Of a stretch of DNA of 64,000 nucleotides, positions 48,642 to 58,128 are shown in pieces (position 1 is the first letter of the stretch; each line of letters begins with the position of its first letter). A model generated the notes under the pieces. That model had not been told where the DNA came from and searched no databases. It worked only from the letters and a program-made list of their open reading frames with translations. This stretch comes from a virus. Lineage: Duplodnaviria > Caudoviricetes. Location: the IMG/VR virus record IMGVR_UViG_2806310546_000001; one strand, written 5' to 3'. The translations under genes and the position numbers were made by a program.

Positions 48642-49024
48642 TAGGTGGCCTTCGCCGCGCCGAGTGCTTTCGCGACGTAGTTCCGCTCGGTGGTGACCGA
48701 GTTGCCGACGTCCTGCGGTACAGCAGCACCGCCGCGAGGACGATTCCGCCCCGAGTAGGAGTCCTGCACGACACGGACGGCTACCCGGTCCCCGGTGACG
48801 GACTTGTGGCCGCCCTCCACGCGAGTCGATCGTGCGGTACCGCCTCCGCCTGCCCTGTTCGACTTCGGGGTGAAGCCGGCCAGGATCGGGGCGAACTTCT
48901 CCGCAGCCGGCCGGAGGGCTTGCTGCTCGATGCGACGGGACTTCAGCAGAGCTCGAACGTTGCGCTGGTTCGGCCGGAAACCATCCACCGCGACCTCCAC
49001 AGTTGTGATGACGGCGGCGGACAC
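48641..49024 (-). CDS. neck/tail-completion protein (HK97 gp10-like position)
   Basis: Position in connector cluster; basic 127-aa protein. Confidence 0.55.
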   Translation of the reverse strand: MSAAVITTVEVAVDGFRPNQRNVRALLKSRRIEQQALRPAAEKFAPILAGFTPKSNRAGGGGTARSTRVEGGHKSVTGDRVAVRVVQDSYSGRNRPRGGAAVPQDVGNSVTTERNYVAKALGAAKAT

Positions 49025-49061
49025 AGGTAACGATCACGGTGGCCGTGTACGAATAGCGGGC

Positions 49062-49277
49062 ATGGTGGTCACCGTGTCGCTGCGCAGTGTCGTGACAGCG
49101 TTTGTCCTGTTCGTGGCTTTCGGCCTGTTCGTGGCCGGCCCGATCTACCTTGTTGCGAACAACTTGCCGATGGTGGCGTTCATCGTCGGCCTGTTCGGGT
49201 TCGCAGCGGTGTTCGCGTGGGTGCTGTCGCGCGGTATCGACGTGGCGGCCCGGTTGTTTCGGCGTGTCAGCCGGTAG
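49062..49277 (+). CDS. small two-TM membrane protein on the opposite strand (moron-like)
   Basis: MVVTVSLRSVVTAFVLFVAFGLF...; fills the gap between two minus-strand connector genes. Confidence 0.55.
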   Translation: MVVTVSLRSVVTAFVLFVAFGLFVAGPIYLVANNLPMVAFIVGLFGFAAVFAWVLSRGIDVAARLFRRVSR

Positions 49278-49974
49278 TCCGCTCGAGGTGCACGATCAGA
49301 CCTGGTTCACCCGTCGAGTTCGCTGACGGCCACGTCTCGGGTGAACCGATGACCCGCCACGGGCCGAGCGCCTTCAAGCTCGAACCAACGGCCGGTTCCG
49401 GGTCGCTTGCCCGTCGGACCCGGTCCGTCGCACGGATGTCAGCTGAGGCGTCCGCGACGTACAGGTCAGCTTTAGTCGTGACCCGCTGCCCCGTCGTGAG
49501 ATCCTCGGAACCAGGCGTGAGGCGGACCGTGCAGCCGGTGACGGCGTGCTCGGTGGGGGCCCCGACGATGTCGCCATCGTTATCCCGCGCCGCCCGCACC
49601 ACGATGACCGTCTCCAGGGTCGACCCGGTTCCCGCATAGGTGATGTCGAGCTCGACATGGTCCACCCGACCGCGAAGGTCCGGCCACACCGCAGGCTGCC
49701 CAGCAACGTCCAGGCGGGTTCGGCCTGACGCGCCGACGAGCCACCCGTCCACCTCGACGAGGTCCCGGGTCCGGATCTGACCGAGGACCGCGCCGCCGTA
49801 CACGCGGAACTCCCGAACCGGCTTCCCGGCGGTCGCCTCGTCCCCGCCAGTGGTGCCGCGGGGTTCGACGAAGCAGCCGGCGACCGTGTCCACGACCCCG
49901 GACTCGACCAGAGCCCCGTCGACGCGCTCACGCCGGATCACGCGGACTGTCTGGCCGCCGATGCTGCGCGCCAC
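49267..49974 (-). CDS. head closure / head-tail adaptor, apparently two tandem domains
   Basis: TV.V.R...V.GC.V...I...D.V...G.P..WP pattern occurs twice. Confidence 0.65.
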   Translation of the reverse strand: MARSIGGQTVRVIRRERVDGALVESGVVDTVAGCFVEPRGTTGGDEATAGKPVREFRVYGGAVLGQIRTRDLVEVDGWLVGASGRTRLDVAGQPAVWPDLRGRVDHVELDITYAGTGSTLETVIVVRAARDNDGDIVGAPTEHAVTGCTVRLTPGSEDLTTGQRVTTKADLYVADASADIRATDRVRRASDPEPAVGSSLKALGPWRVIGSPETWPSANSTGEPGLIVHLERTTG

Positions 49975-49975
49975 G

Positions 49976-50377
49976 TCAGCCCCACAGGGAGACGCTGTAG
50001 CCGCGTCCCGTCGAACTACCGGTGGCGACTGCCGTGGAGGTGCCGTTGAGCAGAGCCCGCTGGTCCGCCGTCAAACGCAGCAGACCAGACGCGACCGCGA
50101 CGTTGATCGTGTGCGACGTCGACAACCCGCCCACCGTCTGAGACTCGGACTGGCGGGCCCGCGGATTGTTCATCACCGACGCCACCATCTCCGACTCGAC
50201 CCGCACCACCCTGATCTCCGGTGTGCGGCCGTCCCCGACCCGGGCCTGCAGGTCGGGGAACTCAACAAGGATCAGGTCCTCGGCCTGCTCGAGGAGCGTT
50301 GCCACCTTGCCGGCGTCGTCCTCGACAGTCAGGTCGGGGGCGTAGATCAGGACGTCGTTGAAGTCGGCGAACGCCAC
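49976..50377 (-). CDS. head-to-tail connector (Gp19/Gp15/Gp42-like)
   Basis: AFADFNDV...LLEQAE...V..EMV....NP...G.L.LT..Q...L. Confidence 0.75.
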   Translation of the reverse strand: MAFADFNDVLIYAPDLTVEDDAGKVATLLEQAEDLILVEFPDLQARVGDGRTPEIRVVRVESEMVASVMNNPRARQSESQTVGGLSTSHTINVAVASGLLRLTADQRALLNGTSTAVATGSSTGRGYSVSLWG

Positions 50378-50394
50378 ACCAGCCCCCTACCCCG

Positions 50395-50748
50395 TCAGTC
50401 CGTCTCGGTCTCTCCGGTGTCCAGGTTGTGAGTGACGGTCACAAGCTTCCCGTCAGGGCCACGAACCTGGTACTTCTCGACCCGGTCGGGGCCCTTGTCG
50501 TGCTCGGGCTCCTCCGGCTGCGGGAGCGGAATGACGGCGTTCACCGTCTGGTACCCGGCAGCCGCGGCTGCGGCCTTGTCGGGCTCCACCGAGGTAGCCC
50601 GCTCGTACGGGTCGGTGGTGTCGTGCGGGGCGTCGCCCGGCTCGACGACGCTGGGCCGGTCGATGTGGTGATCGAGCGTGGTCTGCTTACGCTCCCGGCG
50701 CCGACGGGTCGGCTGCTGTCCGGGGGTCTCCGCTGCTGTAGCGGCCAT
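50395..50748 (-). CDS. hypothetical protein after capsid gene
   Basis: AGGAG SD; position. Confidence 0.55.
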   Translation of the reverse strand: MAATAAETPGQQPTRRRRERKQTTLDHHIDRPSVVEPGDAPHDTTDPYERATSVEPDKAAAAAAGYQTVNAVIPLPQPEEPEHDKGPDRVEKYQVRGPDGKLVTVTHNLDTGETETD

Positions 50749-50792
50749 GATGATCTCCTGCGGGTGTGGGGTGGTCTGGGTTGCGGCTACGG

Positions 50793-51731
50793 TCAGCTGT
50801 TGAGAACTCCGCGCAAACGAGCGCTCGCCTTCGGACCGAACGAAGCCAGCCCCACGTAGAACTCGATCCGTGTCCGGTAGACCGGCTTGGAGTCGATCTC
50901 GCCGAGGTCGTACACCTGGACGCCGCCGTTGGTGATACCGGTCGTGCCGCCGTCCGACTCGTCCTGGCCGAACTTCACCGCGTAGATCGACGACGCGGCC
51001 GAGCTCGAGCCCTGCGTCTCCGTCTGCGGGATGATCGGGGTGCCGTCAGCGCGGGTACCGATGTCCAGCACCGGAACGCCGTGCCAGGTCGCGACCCGCT
51101 TACCGGTGGAGTCCTCGCGGATCGTCTCCGCGCCACCCAGACGGCGGCCGGCAGACAGGATCCGGGCCCGGATCGCGGCGTTCGTGTAGAGCGCGTCAGC
51201 GCCACCGTCCACAGCGGCCATGAGGGCGTCGAGGGCGTCGAAGAAGTCGTGCCCACCCGCGACCGGCCCCATACCGTTCGTGGCCGTGTCGATGACCTGC
51301 GAACCGGCGATCCGCTTCTTCAGGCCGTCGAACGCCTTCGAGTCGACCGCCACGTCACCGTTGATGAACGTGTCCTGGAACTTGTAGGACGACGACTTCA
51401 CCTTCATGCGGGCCTGGTTCGCCCGCAGGCTCCCCAGGTCCGACGGGGTCGTCTGCTCCAGGAACTTGTCCACGTCCGCGTCGCCACCGAGAATGCTCAG
51501 CTTCTCGGTCGCCTGCACGATGGTGCCCGTGGACTCGATGTACGCCTCGTTAACCCCTCGGAAAGCCACTCCGGGCAGGGTCTGTTCCATGTTGTAGGCG
51601 TAGGCGTTGCCGGCGATCGGCATCAGCGGGAGACGGTCGAGCAGTGGAGACTCGATTACGAACGTCTCCATGATGCCCTGCGCCAGCGGCGTGGGCGCGT
51701 ACCGAGAAGCCTCGGCCAGGGTCATTGCCAC
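50793..51731 (-). CDS. major capsid protein
   Basis: MTLAEA...ESPLLDRLP...FRGVNE...FINGD...FDGLKKR...ARLRGV; follows scaffold. Confidence 0.9.
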   Translation of the reverse strand: MAMTLAEASRYAPTPLAQGIMETFVIESPLLDRLPLMPIAGNAYAYNMEQTLPGVAFRGVNEAYIESTGTIVQATEKLSILGGDADVDKFLEQTTPSDLGSLRANQARMKVKSSSYKFQDTFINGDVAVDSKAFDGLKKRIAGSQVIDTATNGMGPVAGGHDFFDALDALMAAVDGGADALYTNAAIRARILSAGRRLGGAETIREDSTGKRVATWHGVPVLDIGTRADGTPIIPQTETQGSSSAASSIYAVKFGQDESDGGTTGITNGGVQVYDLGEIDSKPVYRTRIEFYVGLASFGPKASARLRGVLNS

Positions 51732-51785
51732 AGTGGTTCCCCTCCTTGGGGATGGCCCCGGTCGAGTGTCGAGCCGGGAGTAGGT

Positions 51786-52640
51786 CTACTTCTTGGATTC
51801 CGAGAAGGCGGCGGCCATTCGTCCGACGCCCGGGGTCGCGTTCGCGGAGCCGGGCTGGGTGCCGTTTCCGGTCGCGCCGATGCCCGCGTCAGATGCGGGG
51901 GCCGCGGTCTTGGTGGAGCGGTACGCCTCGTTGCCGTCGACCGCGGACTTGATGACCGCGGCCAGGTCCTTCTCGAAGCTGTCGCTGGCCGGGTCCATGT
52001 CCTTGATGGAGTCGGCGACGCGGCGGGAGTCGAGGACAGCGGCGACGTTCGCGCCGAGCTTCGGGTCTGAACCGATCCGCCACGCGGCGAGCTCGACCCG
52101 CTGCTGGCGGATCGTGTCCTCGCGTGACTGGACCTCTCGGTCCTTCTCCGCGGAGACTTCTGTGAGCCGGGCGTCGCGCTCGGCCACCGCCCGCTGCAGA
52201 GCCTCCGGGTCGGGCGGAGCGTCGCCCTTCTTGACCCCGAGTGCGACAGCCAGGTTGTCCATCAGGTCCTGGTGGGCCTTCGCCGCACGTTCGACCTCGG
52301 CCTGCTTGTCCTTGACCGCCTGCTCGGCTGTCTTGCGGTCTTCCCGTTCCTTCTGGAGGGTCCGCTCGAGCTTCGAGGTGTCGCCGCCAGGCTTCTGCTC
52401 GGCGGGTTTGCCAGATCCTTCGGGGTCGGCGTCGCGCCGACCCTCATGGTTCTGACCGGGCCCACTGGGCTTACCGGCGGTGCCGGTCTCGGAGCCGCCA
52501 CCGCTCTCGTCGCCAGACTCAGCCTGCTCGGCAGAACTAGTCGTTGCTGCCGCAGTGTTTCCGGCGCCTCCGCCGGAGCCTCCCTCGCCCTCAGCGAGAG
52601 CGGTCAGGAGCAGCGCGGAGAATCGCTTGTTGTTCTTCAT
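51786..52640 (-). CDS. capsid scaffolding protein
   Basis: Acidic/Gly-rich N-terminus then coiled coil; directly upstream of capsid gene. Confidence 0.75.
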   Translation of the reverse strand: MKNNKRFSALLLTALAEGEGGSGGGAGNTAAATTSSAEQAESGDESGGGSETGTAGKPSGPGQNHEGRRDADPEGSGKPAEQKPGGDTSKLERTLQKEREDRKTAEQAVKDKQAEVERAAKAHQDLMDNLAVALGVKKGDAPPDPEALQRAVAERDARLTEVSAEKDREVQSREDTIRQQRVELAAWRIGSDPKLGANVAAVLDSRRVADSIKDMDPASDSFEKDLAAVIKSAVDGNEAYRSTKTAAPASDAGIGATGNGTQPGSANATPGVGRMAAAFSESKK

Positions 52641-52733
52641 GGGGTGTCCACTTCTTGGGCGTCGCGCCCGTGTTGGGACGTCACCGGGGCGTCGCGCCGA
52701 GATGACTGATGCCTGCTGTGCCGGCGTCGCGCC
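52428..52733 (-). repeat. four copies of GGCGCGACGCC mini-hairpin around scaffold start
   Basis: Plus-strand GGCGTCGCGCC at 52428, 52658, 52688 and 52723. Confidence 0.8.
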
Positions 52734-52777
52734 AGGAGCAGGTGTTCCGCCCGTTAAGCGCCGGGCAGAGCGCAGGT

Positions 52778-53868
52778 CTAATCGGTGATATAGCCGAACT
52801 TCCGGAGCAGCTTGACCGCCGTGTCCCGGTCGCCGTCAGCGATCTCAAGCACGCTCTCCGGCATCAGCCGCGGCACCTTCGCCCGGCTGTACCGGGTCGG
52901 GCCCTTCTCGGAGCCGTACTGGGCGATCAAGCGTTTGCCGGCGATACCGCCCCGCGTGGTGCCCTCGTCGGTGACGTACAGCTGGCGGCCGTACACGTCG
53001 ACCCGTTCGAGTTTCCCTCGGGACTTACCGCCGCGGAGCATCTGCTGTTCCGCGTTCGTGAGTCGCCCCGGTCGGGACAGGCCCTTGGCGCCGCGGCGGG
53101 CGTTCACGGCCTGGTTCATGTCGGCGCCCAGCCGGATCGCCTCAGCGGTGGCCTTGCCGAAGTACTTGTTCTGGTCCGACTCCGTCAAAGACTCGAAGTA
53201 CGCCTGCGGGTCCGTGACGAGGTCGTCGGCCGCGTCTTCGGCGGCCGGGATGTGGATGCAGTCGCAACTTGGGGTTGTCTCGGGTGCCGCTGGAAACCAG
53301 ACGACACCCGATACCTCCGTCCCGCGAGGATCGCGCAACGACCGCACGACGGAGGGACTAGCATCCGGACGTAGCCTGTGACCTGCGGTTCGACCGCCAT
53401 CTCGATGTCGGTTGCGGCCCGGCCGGTGTCGGAAATCTGTGTGTTGACGATCGTCGCCAGTGACTCCTCACCGGACGCGATCGCCTCGTCGGCTGGCTTA
53501 CCTCGCGCAATGTCCGCCAACGTCGCGAAGATCGGGGCGTACATCAGGTCGTCGAGATCCCGCCCGTCCGAGGCGATCCCAGTCAGCGCGTCCGGGAGCA
53601 GGTCCCCCAGAGGCGACGGGTCGACGCCCTGCGCGCGGAGAACCCTGTCGACGTACTCGCCGGCCTGGTCGATCGCCGCCAACTGCAGGGTGCCGACGCC
53701 AGCCATGAGCCGATCTGAAGCGCCGATCCGATCCCAAGACCCGCGGAGGTCGGCGGGGTCGAGCTCGCGCCACACCTTGCGGGCTTCCTGCTCCCCGCGG
53801 CGAGACAACGTCGCCAAGAGCGCGTAGAACGCTCGGGCGGTCTCCGCGACTGCTTCTGCGGTCGCCAC
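52778..53868 (-). pseudogene. MuF-like minor head / capsid maturation protein split by frameshift
   Basis: Upstream frame ends ...CGRCAILAG...GFQRHPR; downstream frame continues CDCIHIP; 11 extra nt at 53267-53277. Confidence 0.7.
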
Positions 53869-53871
53869 CGG

Positions 53872-55440
53872 CTAAGCCGCCGTCGTCGGGCGGGTCTGGG
53901 TCGCCTGCGGCGGAAGCGTCACCGAGTCCGTAGCTGCGGGAGGCTCCGGTGTCGCCCGGAACCTATCGGCGGCCTGCAGGATCGGATCCGTGGCGGCCTG
54001 CGCCTGCGCGTCCTCGAGCTTCTTACGCTGCTCGTCCTCGCGGAGCTTCAACCACCGCTCCACCTTCTGCGGTGTCGCGCCCGGCAGCAGCTCGTAGCCG
54101 GCCTGCACCGGGAACTCCGCTCCCGACACCAGCTTGACGATGCCGTCGACGAGGACCGCAAACTGCTTCGTCTCCGTCTCCGCCCAAATGACCTCGGACG
54201 CGAGATCCTCGAACTGCTCGCCGCGGGCCCGGTTCGCCAAGCGCATGACCTGCTCCACGGACTCGCCGTTCCAGCGCTTCAGGTCCGAGATCAGGGACTG
54301 CAACGTCGACTCGGCCGCAGTGAGGGTGTCGCTGGACAGGTTCGACATCCGGTTCAGCAAGTACTGCGGCGGCACCTGCCCCGTAGCGAACAAGTCCGTG
54401 AGGAACTCTGTGAGCACCGAGATGTAGTTGCTGAGGTTGCTCTCGGGCATGTCGAACACCTTGGTGTCCGCGCCCGGGAACACCAGCGCTCGGTCTACCC
54501 CGACTCGCCCTGGGGAAGTGACGATCGGCAACGGCTGCCCGTTCGCGTCCAGCAACACCGTCCCGTCCTCGGCGCGCTGCGGCACAATCGCACCGTGCTC
54601 ATCCCGTAGGACTGGGTCGTAGCCGGTGAACACTCTCTGCCGGTAGGCGGAGAACTGCATCGCCAACAGCGTTTGGAAGCGGATCGTGTTGATCGCGTCC
54701 TGCTGCGGCATCAGCTGCTCGAGCGCCGACGTCGGTTCCCCGTCCGCGTCCTGACGGTTGTCGAACGCGACGAACGGGTTGTCCTCCAACGGGTTCGCCC
54801 CGGCCTTCACCAGCGACCACGCGCCCGGGGTGATCGAACCGGACATGCCGCCACGCTCGAACCGGAACCACGACTCGTCGTCGTAGACCACGCCCACCTG
54901 CCGCGACGTCTGACCGTCCACGCCGGCCGGCAGGATCAGCCGCGACGGGGGCCGGTCGTCGACCGTGTACGTCTTGCAAGACCACAACGTCGTCCACGGG
55001 TCGTCCGGGTCCGGCTCGAGATGTACCCGCTTGCCGTTCTCCGGCCGGATCAGCGGCGACTTCCGCGCCTTCTGGTTCGGCCACACGCTCATCAAGCCGC
55101 GCCCGTGCAGGAACGCGTCCGTGTACGGGATCCGCTGCCGGCTGTCGAGCTTGTTCGGCTGCCACACCTCGTTCCAGGTGGCAACATCAGCCTCGTCGTC
55201 CCTGCCAGTGCGGAAACCCTCCGCGCGGAGCCGCTGGATGGGGGTGTCCATCGCCAAGGCGAGCCAGTTAGCGACCGCCTGCTCCCGCAGCTTCAAGTAC
55301 TCCGCGTTCACGCCCTCGGGCGCGTACGGCAGGTCCTGGTTGCCCTTGTAGTAGGCGGTGCGGCGCTCGTAGCCGGGCTGCTTCGCGCTGATCCGGGCAA
55401 GCCCGATGTCGAGCCGGTCCCGCGCCTGGGCCTCGTCCAC
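53872..55440 (-). CDS. portal protein (SPP1 gp6-like)
   Basis: YYKGNQ, VANW, QRL..EGFR, WQPNKLD, QDAIN, FSAYRQR; GTG at 55440. Confidence 0.92.
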   Translation of the reverse strand: MDEAQARDRLDIGLARISAKQPGYERRTAYYKGNQDLPYAPEGVNAEYLKLREQAVANWLALAMDTPIQRLRAEGFRTGRDDEADVATWNEVWQPNKLDSRQRIPYTDAFLHGRGLMSVWPNQKARKSPLIRPENGKRVHLEPDPDDPWTTLWSCKTYTVDDRPPSRLILPAGVDGQTSRQVGVVYDDESWFRFERGGMSGSITPGAWSLVKAGANPLEDNPFVAFDNRQDADGEPTSALEQLMPQQDAINTIRFQTLLAMQFSAYRQRVFTGYDPVLRDEHGAIVPQRAEDGTVLLDANGQPLPIVTSPGRVGVDRALVFPGADTKVFDMPESNLSNYISVLTEFLTDLFATGQVPPQYLLNRMSNLSSDTLTAAESTLQSLISDLKRWNGESVEQVMRLANRARGEQFEDLASEVIWAETETKQFAVLVDGIVKLVSGAEFPVQAGYELLPGATPQKVERWLKLREDEQRKKLEDAQAQAATDPILQAADRFRATPEPPAATDSVTLPPQATQTRPTTAA

Positions 55441-55459
55441 AAGACCCCCAGCCAATGTC

Positions 55460-56083
55460 CTAGTTGAAGCCGTACATGCGAGTGGAGATCTTTGAGGCGA
55501 CCACAGGCTTTCTCCCCCAGCCGGCGGCGCGAGCATCAGCTGCGGCCTCGTGGCAGATCACGGAAGTGACCGCGCAGTCGATCTTCTGCATCTGGCTTGG
55601 TTTCCCGAGGATGTAGCGGTCCGCAGACTTGGCGATCTTGCGCGCGTTACCCATATGCGTCGCGGTCACCGGGCACCCATCGTGGGAAAGCTCGCCCGTC
55701 TTCAAGTCAGCCACGAACCGAGTCAGAGCCGGGTACATGCGGCCGATCTGGTTCGTCGGCCACGGCAAGAACCGCTCCTCGCCCCACATCCGGGCCCACT
55801 GCTCGATCTCCGTCTCCCACGACGTCTCATCGTGGAAGCCAGGGTCGCAGTACGCCCGCTCGAGCGTGAACGTGTCGACGATCTCCGTCCAGGCCACCAG
55901 CACCTGATCGCGCGGGATGCGCCCGCCCCACTCGGCGGGATCCCAGATCGTCGGGAGACGGTCAGGGCCGTAACGCGGGGTGAACTGGAAACCGGCCAGA
56001 GTCTCGAGCCGGATGACGCTGAAGTCCGAGTTCTCGCTGCCGTCGAACCCAGCGCACACCGGGGTGCTCGCATCGACAGTCAC
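55460..56083 (-). CDS. terminase large subunit, nuclease domain (separate ORF)
   Basis: GFDGS...D, YCDP, HDG...H..NA, KIDCAV RNase H-like motifs. Confidence 0.85.
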   Translation of the reverse strand: MTVDASTPVCAGFDGSENSDFSVIRLETLAGFQFTPRYGPDRLPTIWDPAEWGGRIPRDQVLVAWTEIVDTFTLERAYCDPGFHDETSWETEIEQWARMWGEERFLPWPTNQIGRMYPALTRFVADLKTGELSHDGCPVTATHMGNARKIAKSADRYILGKPSQMQKIDCAVTSVICHEAAADARAAGWGRKPVVASKISTRMYGFN

Positions 56084-58128
56084 GCCGGGACCAGCTCGCG
56101 CGACCCCGCTTCAGCCGAGTCCCACAAGCCGTCAGGAAGCCAGGCTCCAGAGCCCTGCACGATACGGTTCCCGTAAAACCGCTCAGCCTGCGCCGGATCC
56201 GACTCCATGAGCTCCGCCGCCTCGGCCTCGATCGCGTCCAGGTCCACCCACCACGAACCTTGGTAGACGTAGCGGTGGATCTGCCGGCGGTCGGCCTTGT
56301 TCTTGTACGACAGGTGCGCCGGCGGCTTCCGGTAGAAGCGGAAGATGTCCCGCGACGGCGACTCGAACGTCTTCTGCGCCGTCGAGTTCTCCGCCGGGTT
56401 CCAGCAGTTCGTCGTCTCCAGGGCGCGGCCACCCATACCAGCCAGGCCTCGCCGCTGCGTCTGGGCGACGTAGTGAAGCTTGTTGCGGTCGTTGTAGAGC
56501 TGCGTCTCGTCCTGCACCGCGTACGAGATCGGGTTACCCAGCCGGGACATCGCCGACGAAGTCACCGTTTCGACCTTGCCCTCGTTCGGGAGCCGGATGA
56601 AGTTCTCGCGGATCTTCAACAGCTCACCCAGACGACCGTTGCGGATCATCGACTGCAGCGGGCGGTACGTGTTGGCGGTCTGCTCGTCGCTGTAGGCCGT
56701 CAACTGGATCAGAGGAGTCGGCCACGGCATGCCCTTCGGCTCACCCGGCTCGTAATCCCAACCCCAACCGCAGTCGCAGCCGAACTCGGCGCAGTCATAC
56801 GCCTCACCCGACTTGGCCCACCCCGCGAACAACGCCGGGCCGGCAGCTTCGAGCGCGATACCGCTCGCTGCCCAAGGCCCCTTACCGCTGTTGCCGGTCG
56901 GGATCATCTCTTTGCCAGCGAGAAACGTGTGCGAGCTTGAGTCGACGGTGATGCACTGTGTCGGGACGGCAGGCATCGGATCAATCGACACGATTCGTCG
57001 ATGCTCGTGCTGCGCGTGACTACGTCCCGGCGGCTTAAGCCGGGACTGCTTACGCGAGAGCCGAAACACCGGCATGTCCGACCGCGCTGCGAAACCGATG
57101 CGCCACTTCGGGCCGGTCACTCGGCCGTCCAGCTTAGCTTCGCCCTCATAGCAGACGGGACGAATCCCGAGCGACCTGATCAGCTCTAGAGCGCCGTCAC
57201 GTAACGCCGGAAGCGTCGTCGTGAACTCGCACCTGCCACGCTCATCGCAGTACCCGTCGGTGTCCATGAGCCCTTGCAGCAACGACCAGCGCTGCTTCTC
57301 CGAGGCTCGCAAGTAGCTCGACGGGATGTGCTTGTTGCCGAGAAGGCCCGCTTGACGCAGATCGCCGTACAGCCCGATCGTCTGACGTCGCTTCTCGACC
57401 CTCGTCCGGCGAACCTCGTACCCAGCTAGCTCGACCTCATCGAAGACACCGTCGTCGATGCCAGTGATCCGGCCATCACCGCTGTGGCCATCCCCCAGCC
57501 ATGCCCCAAGTACGTACGGGTCAATCGGGAGGTCCGCGTTAGAAAGCTGAAGCGGCGACGCATTCCGAACTCGGAACCGTCGCGCGCCGTGCGAGTCGAC
57601 CAAGCCGGCGTCGAGCATCTGCTGAGTCGAGACCCGTTCGGTTACATACGTGCCTGACGGGGTCCGCCGGTCCACGACCCAACTGTGATCGCCGCAAGCG
57701 ATCAACTCTGCGCCGTCGGAGAAGAGGACCCGGAACGTCTGCACATCCCAAACGGGCGACTTCGAGACGACGCGCGTGGGGTCACCATCGCGATCGAACA
57801 CGGCGTCGCCGACGGCGAGGTCGCCCATGGTCGTCCACCCCGTAGGGGTAGCGATGAGCGTATCGAGCGCCAACGCTTTCTGGGGCGCCACGATCTGAGA
57901 GCGGCGGTAGAAGAACGCGGGCGCCAGCACCGGGTTCTCTGGCACCCAGACGGCGTCCTCACGTACCCGGTAGTGGTTGTAGGTGCACCACGCCTGCCAG
58001 TCCGCCATGACGTACGGCTCGCCCTTGTGGAAACCGTCCGGGACGACACAGTGATGCTCGATCCAGTGCTCCGCCAACGGCCCCAGTGTCGGGAAGTCGA
58101 CGACGTACTCGTCAGCCTGCGTCGTCAC
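56080..58128 (-). CDS. terL: terminase large subunit, ATPase domain, intein-containing
   Basis: Walker A APQK|SGKG split by the intein; Walker B VQDE; ETTN coupling motif. Confidence 0.92.
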   Translation of the reverse strand: MTTQADEYVVDFPTLGPLAEHWIEHHCVVPDGFHKGEPYVMADWQAWCTYNHYRVREDAVWVPENPVLAPAFFYRRSQIVAPQKALALDTLIATPTGWTTMGDLAVGDAVFDRDGDPTRVVSKSPVWDVQTFRVLFSDGAELIACGDHSWVVDRRTPSGTYVTERVSTQQMLDAGLVDSHGARRFRVRNASPLQLSNADLPIDPYVLGAWLGDGHSGDGRITGIDDGVFDEVELAGYEVRRTRVEKRRQTIGLYGDLRQAGLLGNKHIPSSYLRASEKQRWSLLQGLMDTDGYCDERGRCEFTTTLPALRDGALELIRSLGIRPVCYEGEAKLDGRVTGPKWRIGFAARSDMPVFRLSRKQSRLKPPGRSHAQHEHRRIVSIDPMPAVPTQCITVDSSSHTFLAGKEMIPTGNSGKGPWAASGIALEAAGPALFAGWAKSGEAYDCAEFGCDCGWGWDYEPGEPKGMPWPTPLIQLTAYSDEQTANTYRPLQSMIRNGRLGELLKIRENFIRLPNEGKVETVTSSAMSRLGNPISYAVQDETQLYNDRNKLHYVAQTQRRGLAGMGGRALETTNCWNPAENSTAQKTFESPSRDIFRFYRKPPAHLSYKNKADRRQIHRYVYQGSWWVDLDAIEAEAAELMESDPAQAERFYGNRIVQGSGAWLPDGLWDSAEAGSRELVPA
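56890..57876 (-). mobile_element. 329-aa intein with LAGLIDADG endonuclease, class 3 signature
   Basis: Begins ALALDT, ends IPTGN before Ser; DHSW, TQCITVD and PTGN give the Trp-Cys-Thr triad; LGAWLGDG and LQGLMDTDG endonuclease motifs. Confidence 0.9.
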
